Part shown: one piece after another, positions 49,601 to 61,600 of the stretch
How positions within the stretch are numbered: position 1 is the first letter of the stretch
Layout: every line of letters begins with the position of its first letter
Assembly (NCBI GenBank): GCA_002269645.1
Contig: NIVC01000109.1
Span: forward strand, 545,670 to 609,669
Length of the DNA stretch: 64,000 bases
Direction of reading: 5' to 3'
DNA from: Macrostomum lignano
Taxonomy: Eukaryota
Made by a program: the position numbers and the translations under genes
The notes under the pieces: model-generated
Databases searched by the model: none
What the model was told of the DNA's origin: nothing
The model's input: only the letters and a program-made list of their open reading frames with translations

Positions 49601-52600
49601 CTGCATTTTTGGCTCCCCAACGCTAAGATACTAAGCTAAAAATACTACTAGTGCTTCACAAACTTATGCAGATGTCAGGCTGTAGGGTTAGTGTTAGGGT
49701 TGGTGTTAGGGTTTAGGTTTAGGGTTAGGTTCAGGGTTATATCGTTAAGATTCGGGTTAGGGCTAGGGTTAGGGTAGCTTATAACTTAGCTCATGTAGCT
49801 TATTAAAAATGTTTATCATGGAAGCATCATGCAAAAATAATGGAAGCGTCATATGAAAAATCATGGAAGCGTCATGTAAAAAATAATGGAAGCGTCATGC
49901 AAAAAAATCATAGAAGCATCATGCAAAAACTTATGGACAAATATTAAATTTAGGGTTATGGTGAGGGTTAGGGTTAGGGTTAGAAGTTTGACAGGATATT
50001 TTTTTAAGATTTCAAGGCTACATGTAGCTTATTAAAAAACGTGTATTGCATTTCTTTGGCCCCCCAACGGGGGGCGTAGATTGCTAGTACAATGCTAAAA
50101 CATTAGATGGGTCGGCAGGGGGTTGTGTGCACCCTGGCGCACTTCAAGCGACATTGTCACACAACCTGTGAGAGGCATTACTGCCCATTCCGCCGACTCC
50201 CCTGAGCAGGCACACAAGCGCGCGGATACGTACGCAGGCACACACTCACACAGGAGTGTACAGCGGCCCTAACTTTATTTTATCGTTAGGCATGTACACT
50301 TCACTGTGCCTTGGGGCTGGCCCTCAAGGCCGTTAATTGCACGAGCAGAGCCAAGCTGATTCCGATTTAGCCCCAAATTAATGTGACTGCACTTGGAATC
50401 GAGCCTGGGACGATGGAACATCGGAGCACCGCACTGGACCACTTAGGCTAAGCTCTTTGAAAATAAGCACAAATAAGCTCTGCACACAGATTGATGATGA
50501 CCATGGACAGCGTTTTCCATATCGGATTATGCCCGTTTCTTTTTAAAGCAACTTCTAAGTTTCAAGGGCTGCTAGCGTGCTATATGTTGGTTTATCGCAT
50601 GAGAAAAGAAGACGTTGTATAACTTTACTCATTTCTGGATGATGAACTTGCTGTCATGCAGAAGAGCAGCAAGCTGACGACGACTGGCTGAGGTCGGGAA
50701 CGCCCGGCTCCAACAAACCGGCCGCTCCATCGATATGGTCCTGCTGGTCAGTTTCAGGTTAGTCCGATCGCCCAGTTCTTATATCGCGGATATTGTTCTG
50801 ACAATCCACATTTCCAACCCTAAAAAATCAACCAGCTGTGACCGATGTCTTCCACCGAATCCGAGACTCAATTCAGAGACTTGTTGAGCACAGATTTTTC
50901 CAACGTGGCATCCTGTTGGCCATTCTAATCAATACATTCAGTATGGGCATCGAGTACCACGACCAGGTATTGTTGAACCTATAAACCTTCCTAAATAGTA
51001 AATTTACGTGAGGAAAAAACGTAAGTTACACAACCTCAAATTCTGGATTTATTTCAGCCAAAGCAGCTGACTGAGTTCATTGAGTACAGCAATTTGGTGT
51101 TTTGCGTTGTGTTCGCGCTTGAAATGTTGCTTAAGCTGGTTGGTGAAGGATTCTTCAATTACATCAGCAGCGGCTTCAACGTTTTCGATGCCAGCATCGT
51201 CATTCTAAGGTAACGTCATTTCACAACCTAAAAATGTCATTCCAAATTGGGTGCTGTGAAATTTGATAAGAGACTTCGAGATTTTGGTTAGCCCGACGAT
51301 GCAAAAGTCAGGGGCAGATATTGGCACCCTGGCTTGTTTTCGAGTGTGACCAGACTGATTCACATTAAAACTGAGCGATTACTCAATCTGAAAGTCCCTC
51401 ATCATTGCAGCATTTTCGAGCTCATCCAAGATGGCAACAGCGGATTATCTGTACTGCGCACATTCCGCCTGCTCCGCATACTCAAACTAGTCAGGTTCCT
51501 GCCAGCGCTCCGCCAGCAGCTGTTCGTCATGATCAAGACCATGGACAACGTGGCCACATTCTTCGCTCTGTTGGTGCTCTTCATCTTCATTTTTAGGTAG
51601 GCCTTCTTTGCGGTCAGGGAAGCTGATCGAATGGTCCTTGACCTAAAAAGTCACTGGTCCAAGCTGCTCATTAACCAAAAACGGCGAAAAACTATACGAC
51701 TCAAAACTTCCTGTAGACTTAACTGAACAGTTTCTCATGATTAGTCGTCGGGAATCGAGTATATTTAACTTCAAACTGTATAGGATTCAAACTTCAATCA
51801 AGTTAATCAATTTACGACCCAAAAAGCAAAGCTGTCTTTATTCCAAATTAAACCGTCGATGAGTTACTGAAGTACACTGCATGTAGGCTATCGATGACTC
51901 ATTAAGTTATCAAAGATCCACGCTAAGCTTTTGACGACTCACACCAATGGTCGCATCCAATCCAGTAGCTCTAATCCGATAGCGGTGTACAAGTGTGTGT
52001 GTTGCCAGTACATGCAGGAACGGTCGGTCGGGTGATTCCAAAAGTTCAAGCTCGCAAGTATGGTCCAAACAACTGTCTCCAATGACTCTAAACCCTCCTT
52101 GAAAAATGTGCCCGACCCGCAGCGTGCTGGGCATGACTCTTTTCGGCGGCAAATTCTGCTGGCACCCAGACGGCAGCACCTGCAGCTGCAGCGAGCGAGC
52201 CGATCCCAACAGCGACTGCACCTGCGACCGGGCCAACTTTGACACCATCATGTGGTCTCTGGTCACCGTGTTTCAGGTGAGCAACGACGTCTTTTCATTT
52301 AACGCGATCAAACTAAAAGACGTTCTTTAAGTAGAGAACGTTACTAGAGCATAGAGAACACATCTTCAGTTCGCTATCAAAACCAGTGCCTCGAGACCAA
52401 AATTTCGCATACCCGACTTTATTGCAAAGCATTGCAACCTCCTAGCTTAGCTACTATTAGTAAGGGGTTCCTCCAATCTGATCCTTCATTGAAAGATTTA
52501 TTGAAACCTTAACAAATGCAGGTTCTGACCCAGGAGGACTGGAACATTGTGCTCTACAACGGCATGGCCAGAACTTCGTCTTGGGCAGCTTTGTACTTCA

Positions 52601-55600
52601 TCGCCCTCATGACGTTCGGAAACTACGTGCTGTTTAATCTGCTGGTTGCCATCCTTGTGGAGGGATTTTCTAGCGAGGTGAGTCCAGGAGAATTTCTGCA
52701 GGATTTGAGTGCATCCACTAGGCAGACTGCAATGGCGTGCTACTCTGAGCTACTCTCTGGTAGAATTATTTATAGTTAGCCTCTGTTGATATCGTTTGCC
52801 TTTTGTTGCATTTTTAACAAAACTCGTCTGTTGCTAGCGGAGAAAGTCGCTATTATTTTTATTTCAATTCAATCCGGGGAATCGTCGTTTCCTTTGTTTG
52901 ATCGACTGTCTGGTAGATTTTGTCTTTTTTTGCAAGAGCACTCTAGAGTGAAAACAAGGACTGCTCAAGTAACATATATATAGGACGCAACACTCGAAAT
53001 TTATGGTAAATGTTTTGAAGGCAATTTTCGCCGAAAAATACACTGCAGAGATAGGAGGTTTTAATTTTTCAGCACAAAAATTGTTATTGCTTTTGATAGG
53101 AGGCAGATTCAGTGTTTAGCTCATTGCTTTGAAATTCTTCCAGTACCTAAAGATAAATAGTTTGTCAAGAAAATATTTTAAATAAATAATTCCACCCAAA
53201 ATTCGAAACGTGACTTTGCGCAGAGAAAGTACTATATTATGGAAAAATACCGGCTTCGCCAGGTAAAACGATCATATTTTTGGCTTCAGTCTGTAGATCC
53301 CTGATCGTAGATTTCGTTAGTTCTGCCGCTTAAATTTTGCCTTGTTGTAGCTGCTGTTTTGGTTTTCGTTGACAATTTTGCAGGCGTAAAATGCAGACTT
53401 ATTAAGTCGCGCATTGACACTTGTAGCAGCGTTTCTGAGTCAAATCCCGAGCTGTCAATCAACCAATGCTTTGGACAAAAGAGTATTCTAATGCCTCACT
53501 GAAGCACGTTATAGACTGTAGTTGCGACCTCGTCCTTGTCTATATTCCTATTGTCTGCATTCCCTTACTTTTAGTTTAACCTGGAGTGATCATTTGAGTT
53601 TTATTTGAGCATAACACGCGCAATAAAAATTAACAATGCAAGCAACTGTTTAGAAAAGTCAGACATTCATTACCATTGTAGAGAACTTAGTCCAGCGCAC
53701 TCTCGCTGCACCAATCCAGTTTTACTACGGTAGATTTCAAAATCATCCATTCTGCACAGTTTTATCTGGAAAGGAAAATTTTCCTGAGTTCACCGGAAAT
53801 TGACAGGGTCATCTCAATTAAGCTTTGATATACTGTCTGAGTGCGTGAGCAGCAGTGGGCAATTCAGCATAGAAAGCGCGCCTCACTTCCAGAAGGGCGG
53901 CTCAATTAAGGGATCTCAGAAAGAGTCCACGGAGTTCGACACCGACGACAGCTGCAAGACTTCGAACGACGGCGGCGCCGGCCTGGCGTCAATATCGACG
54001 TCGGCGCTGGGAAAAATCCCCGGCTTTGGAACGCGACGAGCGACGGATCCGAAGGCGAGCGGGAATAATCCACCTGGGAAAGGTGATCTCGACCTTTCAT
54101 AACTTTCTTCTATTATACCTTATTCCTAACTGTGAAGGTTGGGGGTTCGATTCCCGATCCCACTGGAACAATTTGTGTCCTTGAGCAAGACACTTAACTC
54201 TGCATTGCTTCAGTCCACCCAGCTGTAAAATGGGTGCCAGCATTAGCTGGGGTAATTGAGGGTGTGCATGGCGACCCCCAGTCCTTGGACTGAACAGCCG
54301 TAAGCAGCCTTCAGATGCGCCGCGCAATAGCTGCGGCTGAGCTGTCGGTTGCACACCTGGCCATTAGGGCAGGTGTATTCAAATATTAGTATTATCGTAT
54401 TATGATTACGACGTAGTAACTAGGAAAATCACCACTTTGAGCAGCTTTTATTGAGTTTAGAGAAAAGCTTTAAAAGCGCATTTGGATTACTTTTCCTTGA
54501 TTCAATAAGCCATTAAAAAGGAAAATGTTAAATTAATTCGCAAATCGAAAGAAAAATGCCAGAACTTACTCCGCAATCCGTGATCAATTTCCCAGGTGGG
54601 AAGTCGCCAGTCGGAGCACCTCGCAGTCTGCATCTTCAACCGAGTCCCCACCTGCAGCAGCAGCAGCAGCAGCAGCACTGCCTCTACCTGGATTGCGCGA
54701 GAGGCCTGGTGCCGCCCATCATCACGCACACGGCGGCGACTCCTCAGACGACGCCGCAAGGCAGCCCGGCAGCCAACGAGCTGCCAATGCAACCGCAGCC
54801 GCAGCAGCAGCCTCTGTGCGATCCGAGACCCTTTCAGTGCAGCTCATCCAGCATCGAGACAATCGACAGATCGCTGACTGTAAGCCGCAGGCGGTGTTCT
54901 CTGAAATAACTTCAAATAAGAATCCAAACAACACGTCAGTCAGTAATCGTATCTGCAAACTCCAACACTCTCCCAGAATGAAAGGTCCAGCCTGCAGTCT
55001 ACGCGAGCCAATCAGAGAGCTCAGACAGGCATTGCGGATGCTGGACATTGCGCATTCCCAAACAGCGCCATCTGCAACGGATCCGCCATAGCGGCGGCGG
55101 CGGGGGCGGCCCACCACAGCGCCAGGAACATCAACGGCCGGATCTTCCGCGCGCCGACGCCGCCAAACCCGACCGGGCCAGCCGGTCCGCCGACGGCAGC
55201 CGGCAGCTTCAGCAGCAACCGGTCGCAGCCCGGCAGCCGGCGGTCGCATCGAAGCTGTGCGGCGATCCGGCCGCAGACTGTCGATGAGGTGGCAGCAAAG
55301 GAAGCCAAGTCGAGCTGCTGCAGCTCGGATGAGCTGGCTCTTGTGAGCTGGAAAATCTCTGACTATATTTGTGAAAATGCGCACAAATGATTACTTAAAT
55401 TCTTTAACGCCCTTCTTTCAGAAATCGAATTGGTTTGAAAAAGTTTTCTTCTCTAGAGAAAACTACGCGCTGTACGTCTTTGCACCGGACAATCCGTGAG
55501 TCCGTTTTACCCGCGGAGAACTTTGTAATGATGTAATACTATCCATGAGAGGTTGGAGTGAGGTGGGTGTTTCATAAGAGATTGGAGTGAGGTGGGTGTT

Positions 55601-58600
55601 TCATAAGAGATTGGAGTGAGGTGGGTGTTTCATAAGAGATTGGAGTGAGGTGGGTGTTTCATGACAGACAGGAGTGAGGTGGGTGTTTCATAAGAGATTG
55701 GAGTGAGGTGGGTGTTTCATAAGAGATTGGAGTGAGGTGGGTGTTTCATGACAGACAGGAGTGAGGTGGGTGTTTCATGAGAGATTGGAGTGAGGTGGGT
55801 GTTTCATAAGAGATTGGAGTGAGGTGGGTGTTTCATGAGAGGTAGGAGTGAGGTGGGTGTTTCATGAGAGATTGGAGTGAGGTGGGTGTTTCATGACAGA
55901 CAGAAGTGAGGTGGGGGAAGAGTTTGCCTCTGCTTTATTGCACATGACCGCTTCAACTCAGTCATAAGTTATTTTACCAGAATCGAGTAAGATACGAGAG
56001 CCAGGTGTCTTATCGTCCTTAATTCTTCAGATTTCGCCTTGTTTGCTTGGCCATCACGTCGCAGAAGTGGTTCGACTGCACCGTATTGTTTTTCATCGCT
56101 CTCAACTGCATCACTCTGGCGATGGAGCGGCCTTCGATTCCGCCAGACAGCATTGTGAGACCGCTTTGAACTGACAAGCCACCTGTCAGATTGAGGGTCG
56201 GGAATCTCTCAGATTGAGGGTCGGGGATCTCTCAGATTGAGGGTCGGGGATCTCTCAGATTGAGGATCGGGGATCTCTCAGATTGAGGGTCGGGGATCTC
56301 TCAGATTGAGGGTCGGGGATCTCTCAGATTGAAGATCGGGATCTCTCAGATTGAAGATCGGGATCTCTCAGATTGAGGATCGGGGATCTCTCAGATTGAG
56401 GGTTGGGGATCTCTCAGATTGAGGGTCGGGATCTCTCAGATTGAGGATCGGGATCTCTCAGATTGAGGATCGGGTATCCCTCAGATTGAGGATTGGGAAT
56501 CTCTCAGATTGAGGGTCGGGGATCTCTCAGATTGAGGGTCGGGGATCTCTCAGATTGAGGCTCGGGATCTCTCAGATTGAGGGTCGGGGATCTCTCAGAT
56601 TGAGGGTCGGGGATCTCTCAGATTGAGGCTCGGGATCTCTCAGATTGAGGGTCGAGATCTCTCAGATTGAGGTTCGGGATCTCTCAGATTGAAGATCGGG
56701 ATCTCTCAGATTGAGGATCGGGGATCTCTCAGATTGAAGATCGGGATCTCTCAGATTGAGGATCGGGGATCTCTCAGATTGAAGATCGGGGATCTCTCAG
56801 ATTGAAGATCGGGATCTCTCAGATTGAGGATCGGGATCTCTCAGATTGAGGATCGGGTATTTCTCAGATTGAGGGTCGAGATCTCTCAGATTGAGGTTCG
56901 GGATCTCTCAGATTGAAGATCGGGATCTCTCAGATTGAGGATCGGGATCTCTCAGATTGAAGATCGGGGATCTCTCAGATTGAGGGTCGGGGATCTCTCA
57001 GATTGAGGATCGGGTATCCCTCAGATTGAGGCTCGGGATCTCTCAGATTGAGGGTCGAGATCTCTCAGATTGAGGTTCGGGATCTCTCAGATTGAGGATC
57101 GGGTATCTCTCAGATTGAGGGTCGGGGATCTCTCAGATTGAGGGTCGAGATCTCTCAGCTTGAGGGTCGGGGATCTCTCAGCTTGAGGGTCGAGATCTCT
57201 CAGCTTGAGGGTCGGGGATCTCTCAGATTGAGGATCGGGATTTCTCAGCTTGAGGGTCGGGGATCTCTCAGCTTGAGGGTCGGGGATCTCTCAGATTGAG
57301 GATCGGGATTTCTCAGACTTCCCCAATCGGGCCATCGCCATCCCATTCCAGGAGCGGCAGTTCCTTAGCGTTAGCAACAACGCTTTTACCTTCATATTCA
57401 CGCTGGAGATGCTGATCAAGGTGCTGTCCAAAGGCCTGGTGTTCGGGCAGCACACCTACCTGCGAAGCGGCTGGAACGTGATGGACGGCCTCCTTGTTGC
57501 CGTGTCCCTAGTCGATATTCTCATTACACTACTAGTTGGCAGTAGCAGTCGAATTTTCGGCATTCTTCGAGTATTCCGCCTGCTGAGAACGCTGCGACCC
57601 TTGCGGGTGATCAGCCGAGCTCCGGGCCTGAAGTTGGTGGTGCAGACTCTGCTGTCCTCGCTGCGACCCATCGGCAACATCGTGCTCATCTGCTGCACAT
57701 TCTTCATCATATTCGGCATCCTGGGGGTGCAGCTGTTCAAGGGAAAATTCTTCTACTGCGAAGGGCCCGACGTGAAGCACGTCGTGAACAAGTCAGACTG
57801 CCTGGCTGACAAGAGGAACCACTGGAAACGGCACCTGTACAACTTTGACAATCTGGGACAGGTAAAGTCGCATTTTAAGGCGTTGCATTCCTTTTGCTTT
57901 TGCTGAAAGCTAATTGGTGCCTTGTTCGAAAGCGTGGCGTTTGCATTTTAGCCATTTTCAAGGCTAACATAAACATAACATAACATAATTTAACATAAAT
58001 CAAGATTATCAATTCAATCAACCAACTCAACCAACTCAACCAACTCAACCAACTCAACCAACTCAACCAACTCAACCAGCTCAACCAACTCAACCAACTC
58101 AACCAACTCAACCAACTCAACCAGCTCAATTCAAACAACTCAAACCAACTCAACTCAACCAACTCAACCAACTCAACCAACTCAACCAACTCAACCAACT
58201 CAACCAACTCAACCAACTCAACCAACTCAACCAACTCAACCAACTCAACCAACTCAACCAACTCAACCAACTCAACCAACTCAACCAACTCAACCAACTC
58301 AACCAACTCAACCAACTCAACCAACTCAACCAACTCAACCAACTCAACCAACTCAACCAACTCAACCAGCTCAATTCAAACAACTCAAACCAACTCAACT
58401 CAACCAACTCAACTCAACCAACTCAACTCAACCAACTCAAACCAAACTCAAACTCAACCACTCAAGGCTCTGATGACCCTGTTCGTGTTGTCCTCAAAAG
58501 ACGGCTGGGTGCAGATCATGTACACCGGGCTGGACGCTGTCGGAGTCAACATGCAGCCAAAGGAGAATCACAACGAGTGGCTGCTGCTGTACTTCATCTC

Positions 58601-61600
58601 CTTCCTGCTGCTTGTGGGCTTCTTCGTGCTCAACATGTTCGTCGGGGTGGTGGTTGAGAACTTTCACAAGTGCCGCGCCAGCCAGGAGAAGGAGGAGAAG
58701 GCGCGCCGGGCGGCCAAGCGAGCCAGGCGGATGGAGAAGAAGAAGAGGCGTGAGCAGTTTTTTCTGCTTTTCATGGGGGTCACTGTGGAACACTGAGACA
58801 AATGACTGGCTTTGTCTCTCAATTTTGTATCCCGGAATTGGGGGCTTTCAGGAATTTTACAACTAAAGGATTTCCGATTCCGCAGCATTCAGGAATCCCA
58901 ATCTGAACCATAAACCTAAGAATGCAAAAGCAACAGAACTCGGGGATCCCAAGTCGTAAAATTAAGGATCCCAAAGCCCCAGCATTCAAATCCCAAACCA
59001 TAGTCCTAAGGATCCCAAAGCCCCAGCATTCAAATCCCAAACGATAGTCCTAAGGATCCCAAAGCCCCAGCATTCAAATCCCAAACCATAGTCCTAAGGG
59101 TCCCAAAGCCCCATCAAATCCCAAACGATAGTCCTAAGGATCCCAAAGCCTTAGCATTCAAATCCCAAATGATAGTCCTAAGGATCCCAAATCCCCAGCA
59201 TTCAAATCCCAAACCATAGTCCTAAGGGTCCCAAAGCCCCAGCATTCAAATCCCAAACCATAGTCCTAAGGGTCCCAAAGCCCCAACATTCAGGAGTCGC
59301 AAAACCAAACACTTCGGGGTTCTCAAAACGGAAACTCCAAAGCCGCAACCCAACTGACCCACCGTGCAGGCATCCGGGCGGTGCCCTACTGGGCAAATTA
59401 CTCCCGATGGCGCACCACGGTGCACAGATTCGTGGACAGCAAGTACTTTGATTTGGTCATCGCCACAATAATCGGCGTCAACGTGATCACCATGGCGATG
59501 GAGTTCTACATGATGCCGCCGGTGCGTGCCGGGGTGTGGCTGGGTGGGCAAGGACTTCTAATTTAGAAACTGGATTGGAAAGCCAAGTAGTTTTTATTAT
59601 TTAAAAATCTGGAGGCTTCCTATCTCGCTAATGCAAATCGGCTTCCAGTGAAAGTTCATTAGCGTCCTTCAGCTTTAGTGCACTTGTACATTTGTACATT
59701 TGTACTTTATTACGTGTACTTTCGTGCATTTTCAATTCTGCATTTTTACTTTAGTATATTTGTACTTTAATACATTTGTTTTTTAGTAAATTTGTAATTC
59801 AGTGCATTTGCACTTTAACATATTTGTACTTTTATACATTTGCACTTTTGTACATTTGTACTCGTACTTTTGTACATTCTTTCTTTATTACATTTGTACC
59901 TAATTACATTTGTACTTTATTACATTTGTACTTTATTACATTTGTACTTTATTACATTTGTACTTTATTACATGTGTACTTTTGTACATTTGATTCCTCG
60001 GTTCAACCTGATTAAAACTCGGATATTAATCATCGTCATTCGGTCATTTCAGGAACTGGACACGGGCTTAAAAATTACCAACTACGTTTTCACCTCAGTG
60101 TTCGTAGTTGAGGCCATATTCAAGGTATTCGCGCTGGGACTGGCCAGGTACATGAAGGACAAGTGGAACCAGCTGGATGTCCTGATTGTGATTCTGTCCA
60201 TTGCCGGCATAATCCTAGAGGAGATGCAATCGAAGGTCATCCCGATTAATCCGACCATCATTCGAGTGATGCGAGTGCTGAGGATTGCAAGAGGTGAGCT
60301 GGAAACAGGTGGGAAGCCAGCTCTAGATGAGTTGAACTAAAACTGGGCCTAAAATTGTAAAAGTGTCCGTGCCTACATGAGCGCCATCTCAAAACGAGGC
60401 CATCCCAAAACGGCGCCATCCCAAAACGGCGCCATCCCAAAACGGCGCCATCCCATACGGCGCCATCTTAAAACGGCGCCATCCCAAAACGGCGCCTTCT
60501 ATAAACGGCGCCATCCCAAAACGGCGTCACCTATAAACGGCGCCATCCCAAAACGGCGCCATCTATAAACGACGCCATCCCAAAACGGCGCCATCCCATA
60601 CGGCGCCATCTTAAAACGGCGCCATCCCAAAACGGCGCCATCTATAAACGGCGCCATCCCAAAACGGCGCCTTCTATAAACGGCGCCATCCCAAAACGGC
60701 GCCACCAATAAACGGCGCCATCCCAAAACGGCGCCTTCTATAAACGGCGCCATCCCAAAACGGCACCATCTATAAACGGCGCCATCCCAAAACGGCGCCT
60801 TCTATAAACGGCACCATCCCAAAACGGCGCCATCCAGGGCGCCATCCAAAAACGGCGCCATCACAAAACGGCGCCATCCCAAAACGGCGCCATCCCAAAA
60901 CTGGCGCCATCTCAAAACTGCGCCATCCCAAAACGGCGCCATCCAAAAACGGCGCCATCCCAAAACGGCGCCATCCCAAAACTGTGCCATCCCAAAACGG
61001 CGCCATCCCAAAACGGCGCCATCCCAAAACGGCGCCATCCCAAAACGGCGCCATCTCTAAAACGGCGGGGGCCGTAACCCAGTGGTCTGATTTGCCAGCT
61101 GCCCAGGCTCGATTCCAAGTGCAGTCACATTAAAGTGTACATGCCTAACGATAAATAAAATCAGGGCCGCTGTCCACTCCTGTGCGATTGTGTGCCTGTG
61201 CGTATGACTGCGTACGTATCCGCGCGCTTGTGTGCCTGCTCCGGGGAGTCGGCGGAATGGGCAGCACTGCCTCTCGCCCGTTGTGCGACAATGTCTCTTA
61301 AAGTGCGCCAGGGTGCACACAGCACTATACTCAGATAGAAATCTGTAAGTTTTGGGTAGCCACTGCAGTCCATACAGAAGCCGCGCCCCCGTCCCATACC
61401 GCACTGCAGTGCTGAAGCTGCTGAAGATGGCCAAAGGCATTCGCGCACTGCTGGACACGGTGATTCAGGCGCTGCCCCAGGTCGGCAATCTGGGCCTGCT
61501 GTTCTTCCTGCTGTTCTTCATCTTTGCCGCGCTGGGAGTCGAACTGTTCGGCCGGCTGGGTGAGTGAGGACAACTGGAAGTCAATGAGGGCAATGAATTA

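Noticed and set aside
55048-55287. [16 protein letters not shown].. as the Cav3 II-III linker frame
   Set aside because: It ends in a stop. The alternative frame (NERSS..AICNG..ELAL) is open, has the Cav3-like CNG motif, and matches the splice phases.
56016-56030. Second U12 intron (TCCTTAAT just before the acceptor at 56030)
   Set aside because: The 5' site is a standard U2 GTGAGT. At most this is a converted relic or a chance match.
57875-58407. LVE/SWL periodic ORFs on the minus strand
   Set aside because: These are translations of the 9-bp intronic repeat.
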